Assembly (NCBI GenBank): GCA_030248215.1
Contig: JASANG010002509.1
Span: forward strand, 434,001 to 498,000
Source: Enoplolaimus lenunculus
Lineage: Eukaryota
DNA: 64,000 bases
Direction: 5' to 3'
Below, piece by piece: positions 51,852 to 62,766 of this stretch (its first letter is position 1; the number at the start of each line of letters is the position of its first letter). Under the pieces are notes generated by a model, which had not been told where the DNA came from, did no database searches, and worked only from the letters and a program-made list of their open reading frames with translations. A program made the translations under genes and the position numbers.

Positions 51852-52421
51852 ATGGGTGGCTACCACCGGTTCACAATGCGGATCAGACACCGTCTGCCGC
51901 GTTCACGTTCAGTGAGTTCACTAACTCGAGCGTCGAGTAATTACGCTTTAATGCGAGCCAATTCGGTTGCCGCTGTGACTCCGATGCAAATTGGCGACTA
52001 CAGAGCTCACTACTACGACGGCTACGGTTCGTCAGAGCGCTGGCGCAATCGTGCCGTTTACGATAAACATTTCTACGGGGAATACTTGTTACCTCCAGCG
52101 GAATTGTCACAATCGTCCGCGTTAATCCATCGAACCTATCGGGATCGAGCGTTCTATCCGAACACGTACACGTCACATTTGCGGTACAACAATTGGCCCA
52201 GGTACAGTTCTCATACAGCAGGACAAATACCGTACTATTCGTATCGGCCGTCAATTTCGCATACATACTACTATGGACGAAATGCGCACTCCGGGCATTA
52301 CTACAGTCCGTACTATACGTCTCATTATACACCGCGACCGCATATTGGGTATCATGGAGCGTTTGATTTTGGCCGCCGTAGTATCCCGGATATACCGAAA
52401 CGGTACTATTATGATTATTAA
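51852..52421 (+). CDS. Tyr/Arg/Ser-rich small protein, cluster member 6 (189 aa from first ATG)
   Basis: First ATG at 51852; 30 Tyr in 189 aa by manual count; RSRSVSSL/RASS/RANSV motifs; CTTTTAG acceptor at 51777. Confidence 0.82.
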   Translation: MGGYHRFTMRIRHRLPRSRSVSSLTRASSNYALMRANSVAAVTPMQIGDYRAHYYDGYGSSERWRNRAVYDKHFYGEYLLPPAELSQSSALIHRTYRDRAFYPNTYTSHLRYNNWPRYSSHTAGQIPYYSYRPSISHTYYYGRNAHSGHYYSPYYTSHYTPRPHIGYHGAFDFGRRSIPDIPKRYYYDY

Positions 52422-52448
52422 TTTACGTTTGATTCAGATTCGTTGTAC

Positions 52449-52831
52449 GGCCCATGTATAGACCAAGGCCGGAACAGTATATAAGTATATTTCTAAACCT
52501 AAGCCTATAAGCCTAAGCCTTTTTGTAGTATAAGTATATTTCTAAGCCTACTCCTAAGCCTAAGCCTATAAGCCTAAGCCTTTTTGTAGTATAAGTATAT
52601 TTCTAAGCCTACGCCTAAGCCTAAGCCTATAAGCCTAAGCCTTTTTGTAGTATAAGTATATTTCTAAGCCTAAGTCTAAGCCTAAGCCTATAAGCCTAAG
52701 CCTAAGTCTAAGCCTAAGCCTATAAGCCTAAGCCTATAAGCCTTAGCCTAAGCAAAAATTAGTCTAAAGCTTAAACTGACTCTATTATAGTCCCTGCGGA
52801 AACCGATCCGGCCCTGTTCTATACATGAGCA
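52449..52831. mobile_element. TTAGGC-carrying MITE, subfamily A, with internal ~60-bp tandem amplification
   Basis: Both TIRs; exact TSD cgttgtac; the unit GTATAAGTATATTTCTAAGCC...AAGCCTTTTT is repeated. Confidence 0.9.
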
Positions 52832-53253
52832 CGTTGTACTTAGGGTTGTGCTATATTTTTTCTATGTCGCACGACACCGCACAGCGGCGTACGCTTGTGT
52901 CGCGTCGTGGCGTGCGGTGCCGCACAGTGAGTATAGCGCAACCCTAAATGTGTACCTTATATAATGACAGCAACTATTTACCAGATGGCCACAGAGATTA
53001 ATGCGGAATTCAATAAACGTCTACTTTGGTTGCTTTCGAACTTTTTACGGTAGGTAAGTAGAGGAATTCCGTCGGCCAACAGTCCGGCCGTTCCGGAAAA
53101 CCTGGGCCACTTTTTTATGGTAAGTGGACCGAGACACTGGTAGGCAGAAGGTTGGCGTAGAGGTGGCTGCCCACATACCTAAAATCTCGCAGGCATAGGG
53201 CGGTACAACCTGGTGATAAGTTGTTATTTGCTAAATCCAATGATACATCTGTG

Positions 53254-53428
53254 GGTCAATGTAAGTAGTATAAGCATATTCCTAAATCTAAGCGGCTAAG
53301 CGTAAGGGTCAAAATGAGCTTATACCTAAGCCTAAGCCAAAGCATAAGCCAAAAATTATTCTAAATCGTAATCTTTACTCTATTGCAGTCGCAAAAAAAA
53401 CGTTCCGTCTCGGATGTTTGCGTGGGTC
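53254..53428. mobile_element. old TTAGGC-carrying MITE, subfamily B
   Basis: Degenerate TIRs; TSD catctgtg/catctatg. Confidence 0.7.
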
Positions 53429-54206
53429 CATCTATGGATCATATTTTTGTAATTTTAGCATTTTGCTTTATAAACAGTCGTTGCCGTTTCAGATATTATT
53501 ATTCAGTAATATAATGGTCAATTAACGTTGTCCGTGGTTTGGATTGTCATGATTCATTTTTCCTGGGGCTCCAATAAAAACATTCATTGAAATGAAGCTA
53601 AGGTAGCGACCCGAATAAGACGAGAGGGTAATAAGAGGGCAGAGATCGCTATTTTAAATCCGCGTCAGTAGGAGTCTGTATCCCTAATTAGAGTCCGTAA
53701 GTGGATAGAGTCCATAAGTCCTAATTAAAGTCCATAAAAGACACCAAAACGGAACAGTTTCTGGACTGCTTAAATGTGGAACAGACACTCATGCAATCCG
53801 CATTAACTTTACTAAATCCTGAATAATGATTAACGAACATGGATGGCATCCAACAAAAATGCTTCAGAGCAAATCAGTTCTTACACAAGACTCGGTGTTG
53901 ATTTGGTCAAGAAAATAAATAACAGTCCGTAACAAAATAACACATGGGTGTCCTCCGCAGAGCCAATATAAATATCACCCCCTACTTTTTGATTCGGGTC
54001 ACTAGATTAATAGTTATGCATCGTTAGAACGGTACCGTGATCAAGTTCAGCTTAGCCGTTTAATCTTTAAGGTTGTCAGACAACCTCGGACACGGAAACC
54101 AGCGGTAATTTAGCCTGGGCAAAGCCAGGACTGTTAAACGCTGGAATCATATTAGAATTTTGAATCAGACTTTCATGTGTTATTTGACAGAGTTCTTTCG
54201 AACCTC

Positions 54207-54403
54207 GACTCATGTGATGATCAGGGGCGGAACGTTTTTCTGTGGGACTGCAATAGTGTAAGCTTAAGCTTTAGGCTAATTTTTTTTGCTTGGCTTACGC
54301 TTACGCTTAGGCGTAGGAATGTGCTAATTGTTACACTTAGGCTTAGGCTTAGTCTTAGGAATATGCTTATAATACTGTTCCGCCCCTGTTCTATACATTG
54401 GCC
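54207..54403. mobile_element. TTAGGC-carrying MITE, subfamily B
   Basis: Both TIRs; exact TSD cgaacctc. Confidence 0.9.
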
Positions 54404-55357
54404 CGAACCTCGCCAAGCTGAACTGGCCCTAGTCTACCTTTGTTGTTATCTGCGTTGTATTGCTCTTAAATTAGTTTCACTCTGAAACAATCGCTTTTAT
54501 TTGTGCTTATTGGCTATTTTATTTCCTTGCCATAATATTGTTTATAATTTTAACAGTATACTATTGGCTTTAATAGCTTTTTAGTAATGAAATGCTTAAA
54601 CTAGTCATTTTATGTGATTTTAGACGAGTAAAATATTTGAAATTTGCCGTTTGAATGACATTTTAGTCTGTTTCGATGTGAAAACGAGCGAATCAAATCG
54701 CCAGTTTCAACCTGAATCTATAACATTAAATTACTATTAAAGTTTACAGTTTCCACCGTTTAATTAAGAATTATAACTATAAGAATTGTTTCATATTTTA
54801 TGACTGTGAAATTTTGAGATTTCAATTTATTTCGAACTGGAGGAAGTTTTAATTTTTAGAAGAATTGAGGCATAGAAACCGAATTGAAAAGTTTTAACTT
54901 TGGCTAATTTTAGTTTTAAATTTGAACTTAAAATGAATAAATGAGTGGGAATTTTTTTAATTGTTTAGTAATATTTTTTCACCTTATCTACAACAAAGGA
55001 TCAAGTATCTACTTGAGAGCGAGCCAGATGTTAATTTGTATTTTCAACATCTCATGTATAACTAGGAAGAATGGTATTACTAGCGGGTTCAGAGGGATGC
55101 CGGGAGGGGCGTACGCCCTCCCCCCGTCAGAATTTTTTTGTTAAAATGGTAAGATCTCACCTTACATTTTTCCCCTCGGAAAATTTTACACAATTTTTCC
55201 CGCAGATTTTTTTCTGATAAAACGGTAAGGTCCCTAATGTTTGGTGATAAATTGATAAGGTTCTTTACTTTAAAATGTTTCCGTTTCATAATGTTTTACC
55301 AGCCGGCCACTGCCCGTCAAAATTGTTTGGATTGGCCTTTAAAGGCATAAGCCTTAT

Positions 55358-55513
55358 GGCCCATGTATAGAACAGGGCCGGAACAGTAGTATAAGCATAT
55401 TGCTAAACCTAAGCCTAATCGTAAGTCTAAGCAAAAAAAATTAGTCTAAAGCTTAAACTGACTCTATTACAGACCCTCCGAAAAACAATCCGGCCCTGTT
55501 GTATACATGGACC
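55358..55513. mobile_element. TTAGGC-carrying MITE, subfamily A (short array)
   Basis: Both TIRs; TSD not clear. Confidence 0.82.
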
Positions 55514-55683
55514 CGCCTCTGTAAGGCATTAGCTTTATCATAAGCATATGACTAAAGTTGTAATGTCAAAGTCACCTAGTGTACCTGTCTTATGGTGGGT
55601 AGGTCTCAATACTTGACATGGGTCTTTGAAGTTGTATTTCAGTCAATTTCAGGATCTAACTATATCAATAATCACTGTCAACC

Positions 55684-56223
55684 ATGCGTACCACCTCTGG
55701 CGATTTTAGTGACTACTTAATCCGTCGTTCAAAGTCATACTGTGACCTCGCCGCAACCCCCCGTGTCTTCGTCGATGAGCCCAAACCAGTACGCCTGTTC
55801 ACCCTTCGCCGGGTGACTTCAGTCCCTTCCCTTAGTTCTTTAAGTGTCGAGTCTGCTTACCCGGTTCCTCGCTACTCGCCGGCTCGAGTGATGAAATGTG
55901 CCACTGTCTACGACGCTTGCGATCCGTACTGGCTAGACCGGCGTTCAAGCATGTGGTATCCATACTATCATTATCCGGTCTACCAAAGCCGGACGTCGCA
56001 TCATTTTTGGCCATTTTCAACATATCGGCCATGGCGGGACTACGGATACCGCAGTCCGCATTATAATTCAACGCCGTATTACGCTTCTTACTATGATTGT
56101 TATGACTCGTACTACAGACGAGTGTGGTCAAAAGCGTTGCATAATGCGTACCTGGATTTGCAAACGCCTGATTATTACGAAAGCCGCCTGTGGCATTCAC
56201 GTCCATATTTGCATTATGTTTAA
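55684..56223 (+). CDS. Tyr/Arg/Ser-rich small protein, cluster member 7 (179 aa)
   Basis: 27 Tyr in 179 aa by manual count; RRSKS, RRVTSVPSL and HFWPFSTY motifs; tandem TTTCAG acceptors at 55642 and 55652. Confidence 0.82.
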   Translation: MRTTSGDFSDYLIRRSKSYCDLAATPRVFVDEPKPVRLFTLRRVTSVPSLSSLSVESAYPVPRYSPARVMKCATVYDACDPYWLDRRSSMWYPYYHYPVYQSRTSHHFWPFSTYRPWRDYGYRSPHYNSTPYYASYYDCYDSYYRRVWSKALHNAYLDLQTPDYYESRLWHSRPYLHYV

Positions 56224-56352
56224 TTTAGGTTTCAAGAGTCCTGGGTATGATAATGTTGGTCTATGGTGCATACCAACGGGTATTTAACACGGCGTAGCTG
56301 ATGCTATCAACGATATGAAGCTTTTAATTGTGCGAATACGGCATGGTATATA

Positions 56353-56710
56353 TGTCATAGCACATCATGTCGTAATTGAGCCCAATACCGAATTCGGCAA
56401 GTCCATAGCGGAATTACGACTTGGGCTAGCCCAATGCGGAATCATGTCTCATAAAGCTGTGTCGTTTTCTAATTGGTTACATTATCGTCGCAATCCTGGT
56501 GGATACCAATTTGCTCTGTAAAACAAAATGTTCGATAGCTAATGGGTGGCGATTACTTTGCCAATCCGAAGAGTGTTCGCATCAGCCAATCAAATTTGAG
56601 CATGGCGTTAAGGTAGTAACCAATCACAATGCATGCACTTGTTGCATAGAAAGAATTAGGCCATGGGCTGCCCAATTCGGAATTGGGTTAAATTACGACT
56701 TGGGCTACGA
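56353..56710. mobile_element. inverted-repeat element with internal CCAAT(C) subrepeats
   Basis: Inverted ends GTC(A)TAGC...GTCGTAATT..GCCCAAT.CCGAATT / AATTCGGAATTGGGTTAAATTACGACTTGGGCTACGAC. Confidence 0.6.
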
Positions 56711-57245
56711 CATATATACTGATTAAGTAATGTCTTTGTTACATATTATTGTGTAAATATTTTAAGCTTGTGTTTTTGCGTTTTGCCTATGACATATTCT
56801 GGCCTGTGTTGTACGTTGAACTCTAAATTTGGCATGTTTTTAGTCTAGATTTAGGTTTAGGTTGATATATTTTGTATTGTAGATTAACATTTATGTAATT
56901 GTACTTTTTACATTTTATGCGTGTTGTTGGCTTTGGTTTAGGTTTAATTTGTGACATTGCGTAGACATTTGTTGTTTTCGATTATCCCCCGAACCAGCGT
57001 TTGCCCGAAAATGGTTGGATTTTGAAAATTGTCGCATATTTCGGCTTCTCATGGCATCCGTTTAAAACAAATTATGTACCATTAGACGCAGTTTGCGGAA
57101 CTGAGTCAAGTGATGTTAATCCCACAATCAGACGTCTGGCCAACGAGTTTTATATTGTAAAATAACTGACTTGGGGCGCTTCTAATGTTTTGGGACGTCC
57201 CAAAATTAGTTATTTGACCAGAACTCGACAGCCAGAGGTCTGATT

Positions 57246-57435
57246 CTAGACTAATCATACGCTTGACTTAGGCTTAGGCTTAGGCTTAGGTTTCGGCTTC
57301 GGAATAAACTCATTCCTACGCTTAGGCTTAGGCTTAGGCTTAGGCTTAGGTTTAGGCTTAGGCTTAGGCTTAGGCTTAGGCTTAGGCTTAGCAAAATGCT
57401 TATATACTATTCCGCCCCTGTTCTTTACATTGGCC
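57246..57435. mobile_element. TTAGGC-carrying MITE, subfamily B (one end truncated, long array)
   Basis: Right TIR CCGCCCCTGTTCTTTACATTGGCC; long TTAGGC run. Confidence 0.85.
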
Positions 57436-57707
57436 AAAGGCAGAATGAGCCGGTTACCACATTTCTGGCTATGTTTTTTTCACATTTCTGCCTATGTTTT
57501 TTTGTTCTTTTTATTGTTTTAGTATAAATTCTAGTTTCTGCTGAAGTAGTGATATATATTAACCATCTTATTTATCTTGCCATGCTGTGTTTCGCACTGT
57601 ATTAATTGATATTTTGCAAAAAATAAATTTTTTGTGAGTCTAATCGTTTTCTGCAACAACTTGTTAAATTCAAATCAGAGCAGCTAGAACAGTCGATTTA
57701 AGACCTA

Positions 57708-57927
57708 AGCCCGTATTCTCGAATGTGTGTAGTAGCTATCACCAGTTTGTTACATTTCCTTAACTTTGGAACCAGCGCATGGTGAGGTTCGAAATTCAGC
57801 AAATTGTTCGCGTTTGAGTTGCCCTACTTCTGCAGCAGTTTTGACATCTGCAATCACAGGTGTTCGTTAGTTTGAAAGCCTATCGCTAACTGATGATAGG
57901 TACTATATCCATTTGAGAATATGGGCT
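57708..57927. mobile_element. PIF/Harbinger-like MITE (3-bp TSD)
   Basis: TIR AGCCCGTATTCTCGAATG / CATTTGAGAATATGGGCT; TSD cta. Copies at ~35413-35637, ~39770-39990, ~42141-42340 and ~44620-44833. Confidence 0.8.
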
Positions 57928-58514
57928 CTAGAGCCATATTGTCAACTGTGTGTGCCATCTATCGTTAGATATAGTTTTGCGTTCAACCAAACGAACTATA
58001 GGAGTTACGAATCTCAAAATTAACAAAGAAATACCGCAAATTAAATGCAAAATCTTGGCTAATTTTTGAAATTCACTGTTCTCTGGTTCGATCACAACAC
58101 ATTTCACCAACTGGTGGTACGTGATTTCGCCGTCTTATTCGGGTCACTACAGTAAGCTTACTGAATCATTACGTTAAACGTCCATTTCACAGAACTGAAA
58201 TGAAATCTACTGCAAGTTTTACATAGTTTAAATTCAAGTATTTAAAAACAATAAAGTAAGATGTACATCTTGACTGCAGATATTCGGTGAGATGAATATG
58301 TCTTAGCAACGGCATCAATTCAGTCCTATCGCCAATACGGCACAATCACAAGAGCAATTAACTAAGCCTATTAACCCTCAGAAGACTGAAGTATGGACTT
58401 GTTTATTTGCGAACCACAATTATTCTTAAGTATACTTTCGCTCACATTTAAGATTAAGGATTAGGCTTAGAATTTAAGTAAATGGTATATGCAAGTGTTT
58501 ATGCGCATGCTCAA

Positions 58515-58896
58515 CAGGGTGTAAACGGATAGTAAAAATAACGAAAACGGAAACAGAAACGGAAAACAGATATTGAAGTATATAAATTTCGAATATGTTT
58601 TATGTTTCTGCTAACACAAACGAGACGTGTAAAATGTTTACCGGGCTTTTTAAAATTTTGATGAAAATATGGCGGATGCACCGAAATTTTTAAGATTATA
58701 GTTGAATAGCGTAATTTTTGTTTCAGTTTGGACAATTGCAGCACATCTGTAATGAAACATTGCTTGAAATCTACGTAATTTAAAACTACGCAATTTTGAA
58801 TGTAAAAATGAACAAATTTCCGGCATTTTTATAACGGAAAAGGAAATGGAAACGGATACCGATTTTTACCGAAAACGGATATCCGGTTACACCCTG
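58515..58896. mobile_element. hAT-like MITE (CAGGGTGTAA termini)
   Basis: CAGGGTGTAAACGGATA / TATCCGGTTACACCCTG; TSD atgctcaa/atgctcga. Confidence 0.82.
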
Positions 58897-59020
58897 ATGC
58901 TCGAAGCGTTTTTTTGGCATTTAAGCCTAATCCTGTCAATGTTAGAAGTTTTTATACAACAGCTTATTTTCAATTTCAGTCTACCAAAATTCTTGCCAAT
59001 ACGTATAGCTGATATCCGCA

Positions 59021-59536
59021 ATGTTTGACCGTTCGAATCTTTTGCTTCGATCCCTTCGACGTTCAGATCATTCATGCTGGCATCCGCATCGTTCTGAAGT
59101 TTGTACAATCAAACGGTTCGCGTCAATTGCCGACCTTGGCTCAATGAGCACTCGCGAATTTGCGCTTGAACCGATTTACCGAGCATCAAAGGTGCCACCG
59201 CTTGCCGGACCACCGATGATTTATCATCATCCGCATCTGCGTTACACATACTCTGCGGAAGTACCATCGCATAGCTATTGGCCATTTCAGTCGTATCAAA
59301 AATACCCGCCATACTATACGTATAACACATGGCGTTACCCTGCGCTCATTTCACCGTACAAATTTCGACCCGAAGCGGTTACACGTGAAAGCTATCAACC
59401 CATCTACGCTCCGGCGTATGGTTACTTTCCTAGATCGGTTTTAAATTATAAAATCCTGGAATATCCATGCCGGCGTACGAATTATTTGTGGAAATCAAAG
59501 TCACAAGTGTTCAGCTATAAGTCTAACGCGTTCTAG
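59021..59536 (+). CDS. Tyr/Pro/Arg-rich small protein, cluster member 8 (171 aa)
   Basis: GC-elevated ORF; ATTTCAG acceptor at 58979; KRFASIADL and SYWPFQSY motifs. Confidence 0.8.
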   Translation: MFDRSNLLLRSLRRSDHSCWHPHRSEVCTIKRFASIADLGSMSTREFALEPIYRASKVPPLAGPPMIYHHPHLRYTYSAEVPSHSYWPFQSYQKYPPYYTYNTWRYPALISPYKFRPEAVTRESYQPIYAPAYGYFPRSVLNYKILEYPCRRTNYLWKSKSQVFSYKSNAF

Positions 59537-59773
59537 TGTGACTTCTCAGGTTCGTAGCCAGCTCACCTTGCTAGGGGGGGGGGGCTGAAAAATTAGTCAG
59601 GAGGCGCTTTCAAGGGTTTTCAATGAGTTGCAAGCAAGGTAGAAAATTCTCTAGGAGGGAGACTGAAATTTTTCCAGGAGGGGCTAAGCCTCCGTGGCCC
59701 CCTTTTCGTTACGGGCCCGTGTGAATTGCGAAATGCCGAAACTGCCAAGCTTGCAAATCATTTACTGTCGAAT

Positions 59774-60429
59774 GACTGGGTTGCAGAGATATGCCTTAAA
59801 TGTTAGATTTTGAGTTAAGTTGACATTTTGCTTAAGCTTCGACTGATCCATTTAAGTCAAAGATTTTCAATAATGGTTTGTGTTTGCTAGATTAATAGTA
59901 CAGGTCTCTGAAATCTATTACTGTTTTTAGCCTTTAGTCCTGGCTGTGCTGTGAGATGGATAACTCGCCAGAGAAATACGCTTTTACAGAAACCTGTTTT
60001 CTTTGAACTTAAGTTTGTCTTATACCTTAACTTGAGTCGAAAATCGACTTAAGCCAAAAATCGACTTAATTCGAAAATCGATTTAAGTAGAAAATCGACT
60101 TAAGGCGAAAATCGACTTAAGTCTAAAATCGACTTAAGTCGAAAATCGACTTAAGGCGAAAGTCGACTTAAGTTGAAAATCGATTTAAGTCGGAAATCGA
60201 CTTAAGTCGAAAATCGACTTAACTCGAAAATCGACTTAAGTCGAAAATCGATTTAAGTCGAAAATCGACTTAAGGCGAAAATCGAGTAAAGTCGAAAATC
60301 GACTTAAGTCGAAAATTGACTTAACTCGAAAATCGACTTAAAACTCGAAAATCGACTTGAAAGTCGAAAATCGATTTACGTCGAAAATGGGCTTAAGCCA
60401 GAGATCGACTCAGTCTCTGCAACGCAGCC
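59774..60429. mobile_element. TIR element carrying a 17-bp minisatellite
   Basis: GACTGGGTTGCAGAGA / TCTCTGCAACGCAGCC ends; aat on both flanks. Confidence 0.65.
60028..60400. repeat. 17-bp minisatellite (GTCGAAAATCGACTTAA)n, about 21 units
   Basis: Direct periodicity; the unit is internally palindromic (TTAAGTCGA-AAA-TCGACTTAA). Confidence 0.95.
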
Positions 60430-60618
60430 AATGTAACCGCTATTTATGCTTCATAGCAGCATGACAACCCGTTAGGCTATCATTGTTTCATCCCTAATTA
60501 TCCTGAGCCAATTGCCACAGAGGTGGTGCCAGAACGCTGTGGGTAACTTGTGATATCACCAAAAATTCTGTTATTTCTATGGTCATAGTTGTGAATTACT
60601 TGAAAACCATTCACTTTT

Positions 60619-60777
60619 GGCCAATGTTACTTTAACGGGCGTAACAGTAGATTAAGCGCATTTCTAAGCTTAAGCCTAAGCCTAAGCGTTGCAAAAATGT
60701 GTTCCTAAGCCTAAGCCTAAGCGTAAGCCTAAAGCCTAAGCAAAAAAATGTGGACGCCCCATAAATTAGCATGGTCC
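60619..60777. mobile_element. TTAGGC-carrying MITE, subfamily C (internal deletion)
   Basis: Left TIR intact, right TIR degenerate. Confidence 0.8.
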
Positions 60778-61052
60778 CCGTTTTTCATTACAGGTCTGCA
60801 GCAATAGTTCAAAGGCCGAAACAAAAAATTACAAAATTTTTGCACTAAAATCATGTTAAAATTTTGAATCGTCAATTAAACTTTCAGACAGAAATGTCGA
60901 ATTTTTTACGTTTCCGTCAATATTTTGATCCACCGTCCGTTTCCGTTATGTTTGCCATACGTTTAACAGCATTAAATTTTAATACAAAGTGTAATTTTGA
61001 AATTGAAAATTCTGTGGGGCTCCCCCTTGATGCGCCGTTCCTACTGTACATG

Positions 61053-61250
61053 GGCCAATGTATAGAACAGGGCCGGAACAGTAGTATAAGCATACTTGTA
61101 GGCCTACGCCTAAACCTAAGCCTAAGCGTAAGGATGAGTCCATTCCTATTAGCGGAAGCCTAAGCCTAAGCATAAAAATAGTCTAACGCTTAAACTGACT
61201 CTATTACAGCCCCGCCAGAAAGCGATCCGGCCCTGTTCTATATATGAGCC
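61053..61250. mobile_element. TTAGGC-carrying MITE, subfamily A
   Basis: Both TIRs and a GCCTAA array. Confidence 0.85.
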
Positions 61251-61407
61251 ATGACATGGATTTGAAACTGTGTATGTGTAGCTTCAACTTGTAGTAAAAA
61301 TACAACATACAGTAAAATGCATGCTGAATAATGAATGATACCTCAGGAACGGGACTATTTCCAATTTAATTTACAATTACTGCTCACTTAACTTGTATGT
61401 GTTTATT

Positions 61408-61722
61408 GGTCCATGTATAGAACAGGACCGGATCGTTTTCCGGAGGGGCTATAATACAGTCTGTTTAAGCTTTTGATTAATTTTTTTTGCTTAGGCTTAG
61501 GCTTAAGCTTAGGCTTAGAAATATACTTATACTACTGTTCCGGCCCTCTCGACAAAAATTATATACTTAGCAATTTTGTGACAACAGTTCGTGGTTTATG
61601 AGTGGGTCAAAAGTAAGTTTATCACCTGTGAAATTTTGTGCCCCCCCCCCCCCCATTTTGAGATCCTGGATCCGCCATTGAATGCTTATACTACTGTTCC
61701 GGCATTGTTCTATACATGGGCC
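61408..61722. mobile_element. TTAGGC-carrying MITE, subfamily A, interrupted near one end
   Basis: TSD tgtttatt/tgttaatt. CTTATACTACTGTTCCGGC occurs twice, around a ~135-bp insert. Confidence 0.75.
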
Positions 61723-62766
61723 TGTTAATTTTTTCCCACATTAAGATTCTTCACAGAAATAACGACCGTATATTTAAGCCTAAGCCTGGGAATAAGCCTA
61801 GGCTTCAGCATAAATAGCAGCGTACGGCTTAGCCTACGCCTAAACCTGAACTTAATCTTATGCCTGATTCTAAGCCTAACCATATGGTGGTAATGTAAAC
61901 ACTGTGGGAAATTTCGCTTTCTTAACGCTAGTGTGGGGGTAAAATTTAAACGAGTATAACAACTGGTCAGTTGTTAATTTTATACGGTACAAAATTAACA
62001 CCAAGCCAAGTTTCACCACTGGTCACTTGTTTTAGGTTCAGGTGTACAAGCGTCTAGGAGCTCAGACCAGTTTTACACATTTATTTTGAAATCTCAGAAA
62101 CCCCATTTGCGGTGTTTACACCGTTGTTCTTGTGTTTGAATGAACGGCTATCACAAGCTCGTTGTGGCACCGTTGACAAAATTATTGTGAACGACGCATA
62201 ATGGCTTGTATGTGAAACGGCGGTTGCAAACATCTTTTAATTTGGTGCATTCGGTTAAAATTAATGCCCAACAACGTCGACATCTGAAAGCTTTTTTAAA
62301 CATTTTTGAGCAATTCAAACCCGCAAGTTTGGGTCCATATAGCTGAAAGATTCCATTTTTAGACATCCGTAACTTTTTTGTCGTGGGTCACCAATGCTTA
62401 TCTTGTTTGATATATACTCAGTAAAATAGTCATGTGATTTTCTTAGTAATTCAGGCACTATAGACTGTTAAGCATACAATATTAACGTCTTAGCATTTGT
62501 TGAAGCACAAGTTGGTACATGGTTTTCAAATTTTTTAACAGAAAAACGAAAAACCCGTATCTTTCGACGATTCAGTTTTTCCGGAAATGCCAACCATGAA
62601 ATAATTACACGCTACAAAACTGAACGCAAAACGCAAATGTGTTATAGCGAATGAAATGTTTTCATTAATCTTAACGGTTGGGTTTCTGAAATCTTACATA
62701 AAATTTACTATTTCAATTGTTCAAGTAAATCGAATATCTCATTTGGTTTGATTTGTAACTTAATTC

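Noticed and set aside
60028..60400. Regular palindromic repeats suggestive of a CRISPR array
   Set aside because: There are no unique spacers and no cas genes, and the context is eukaryotic; it is a minisatellite.
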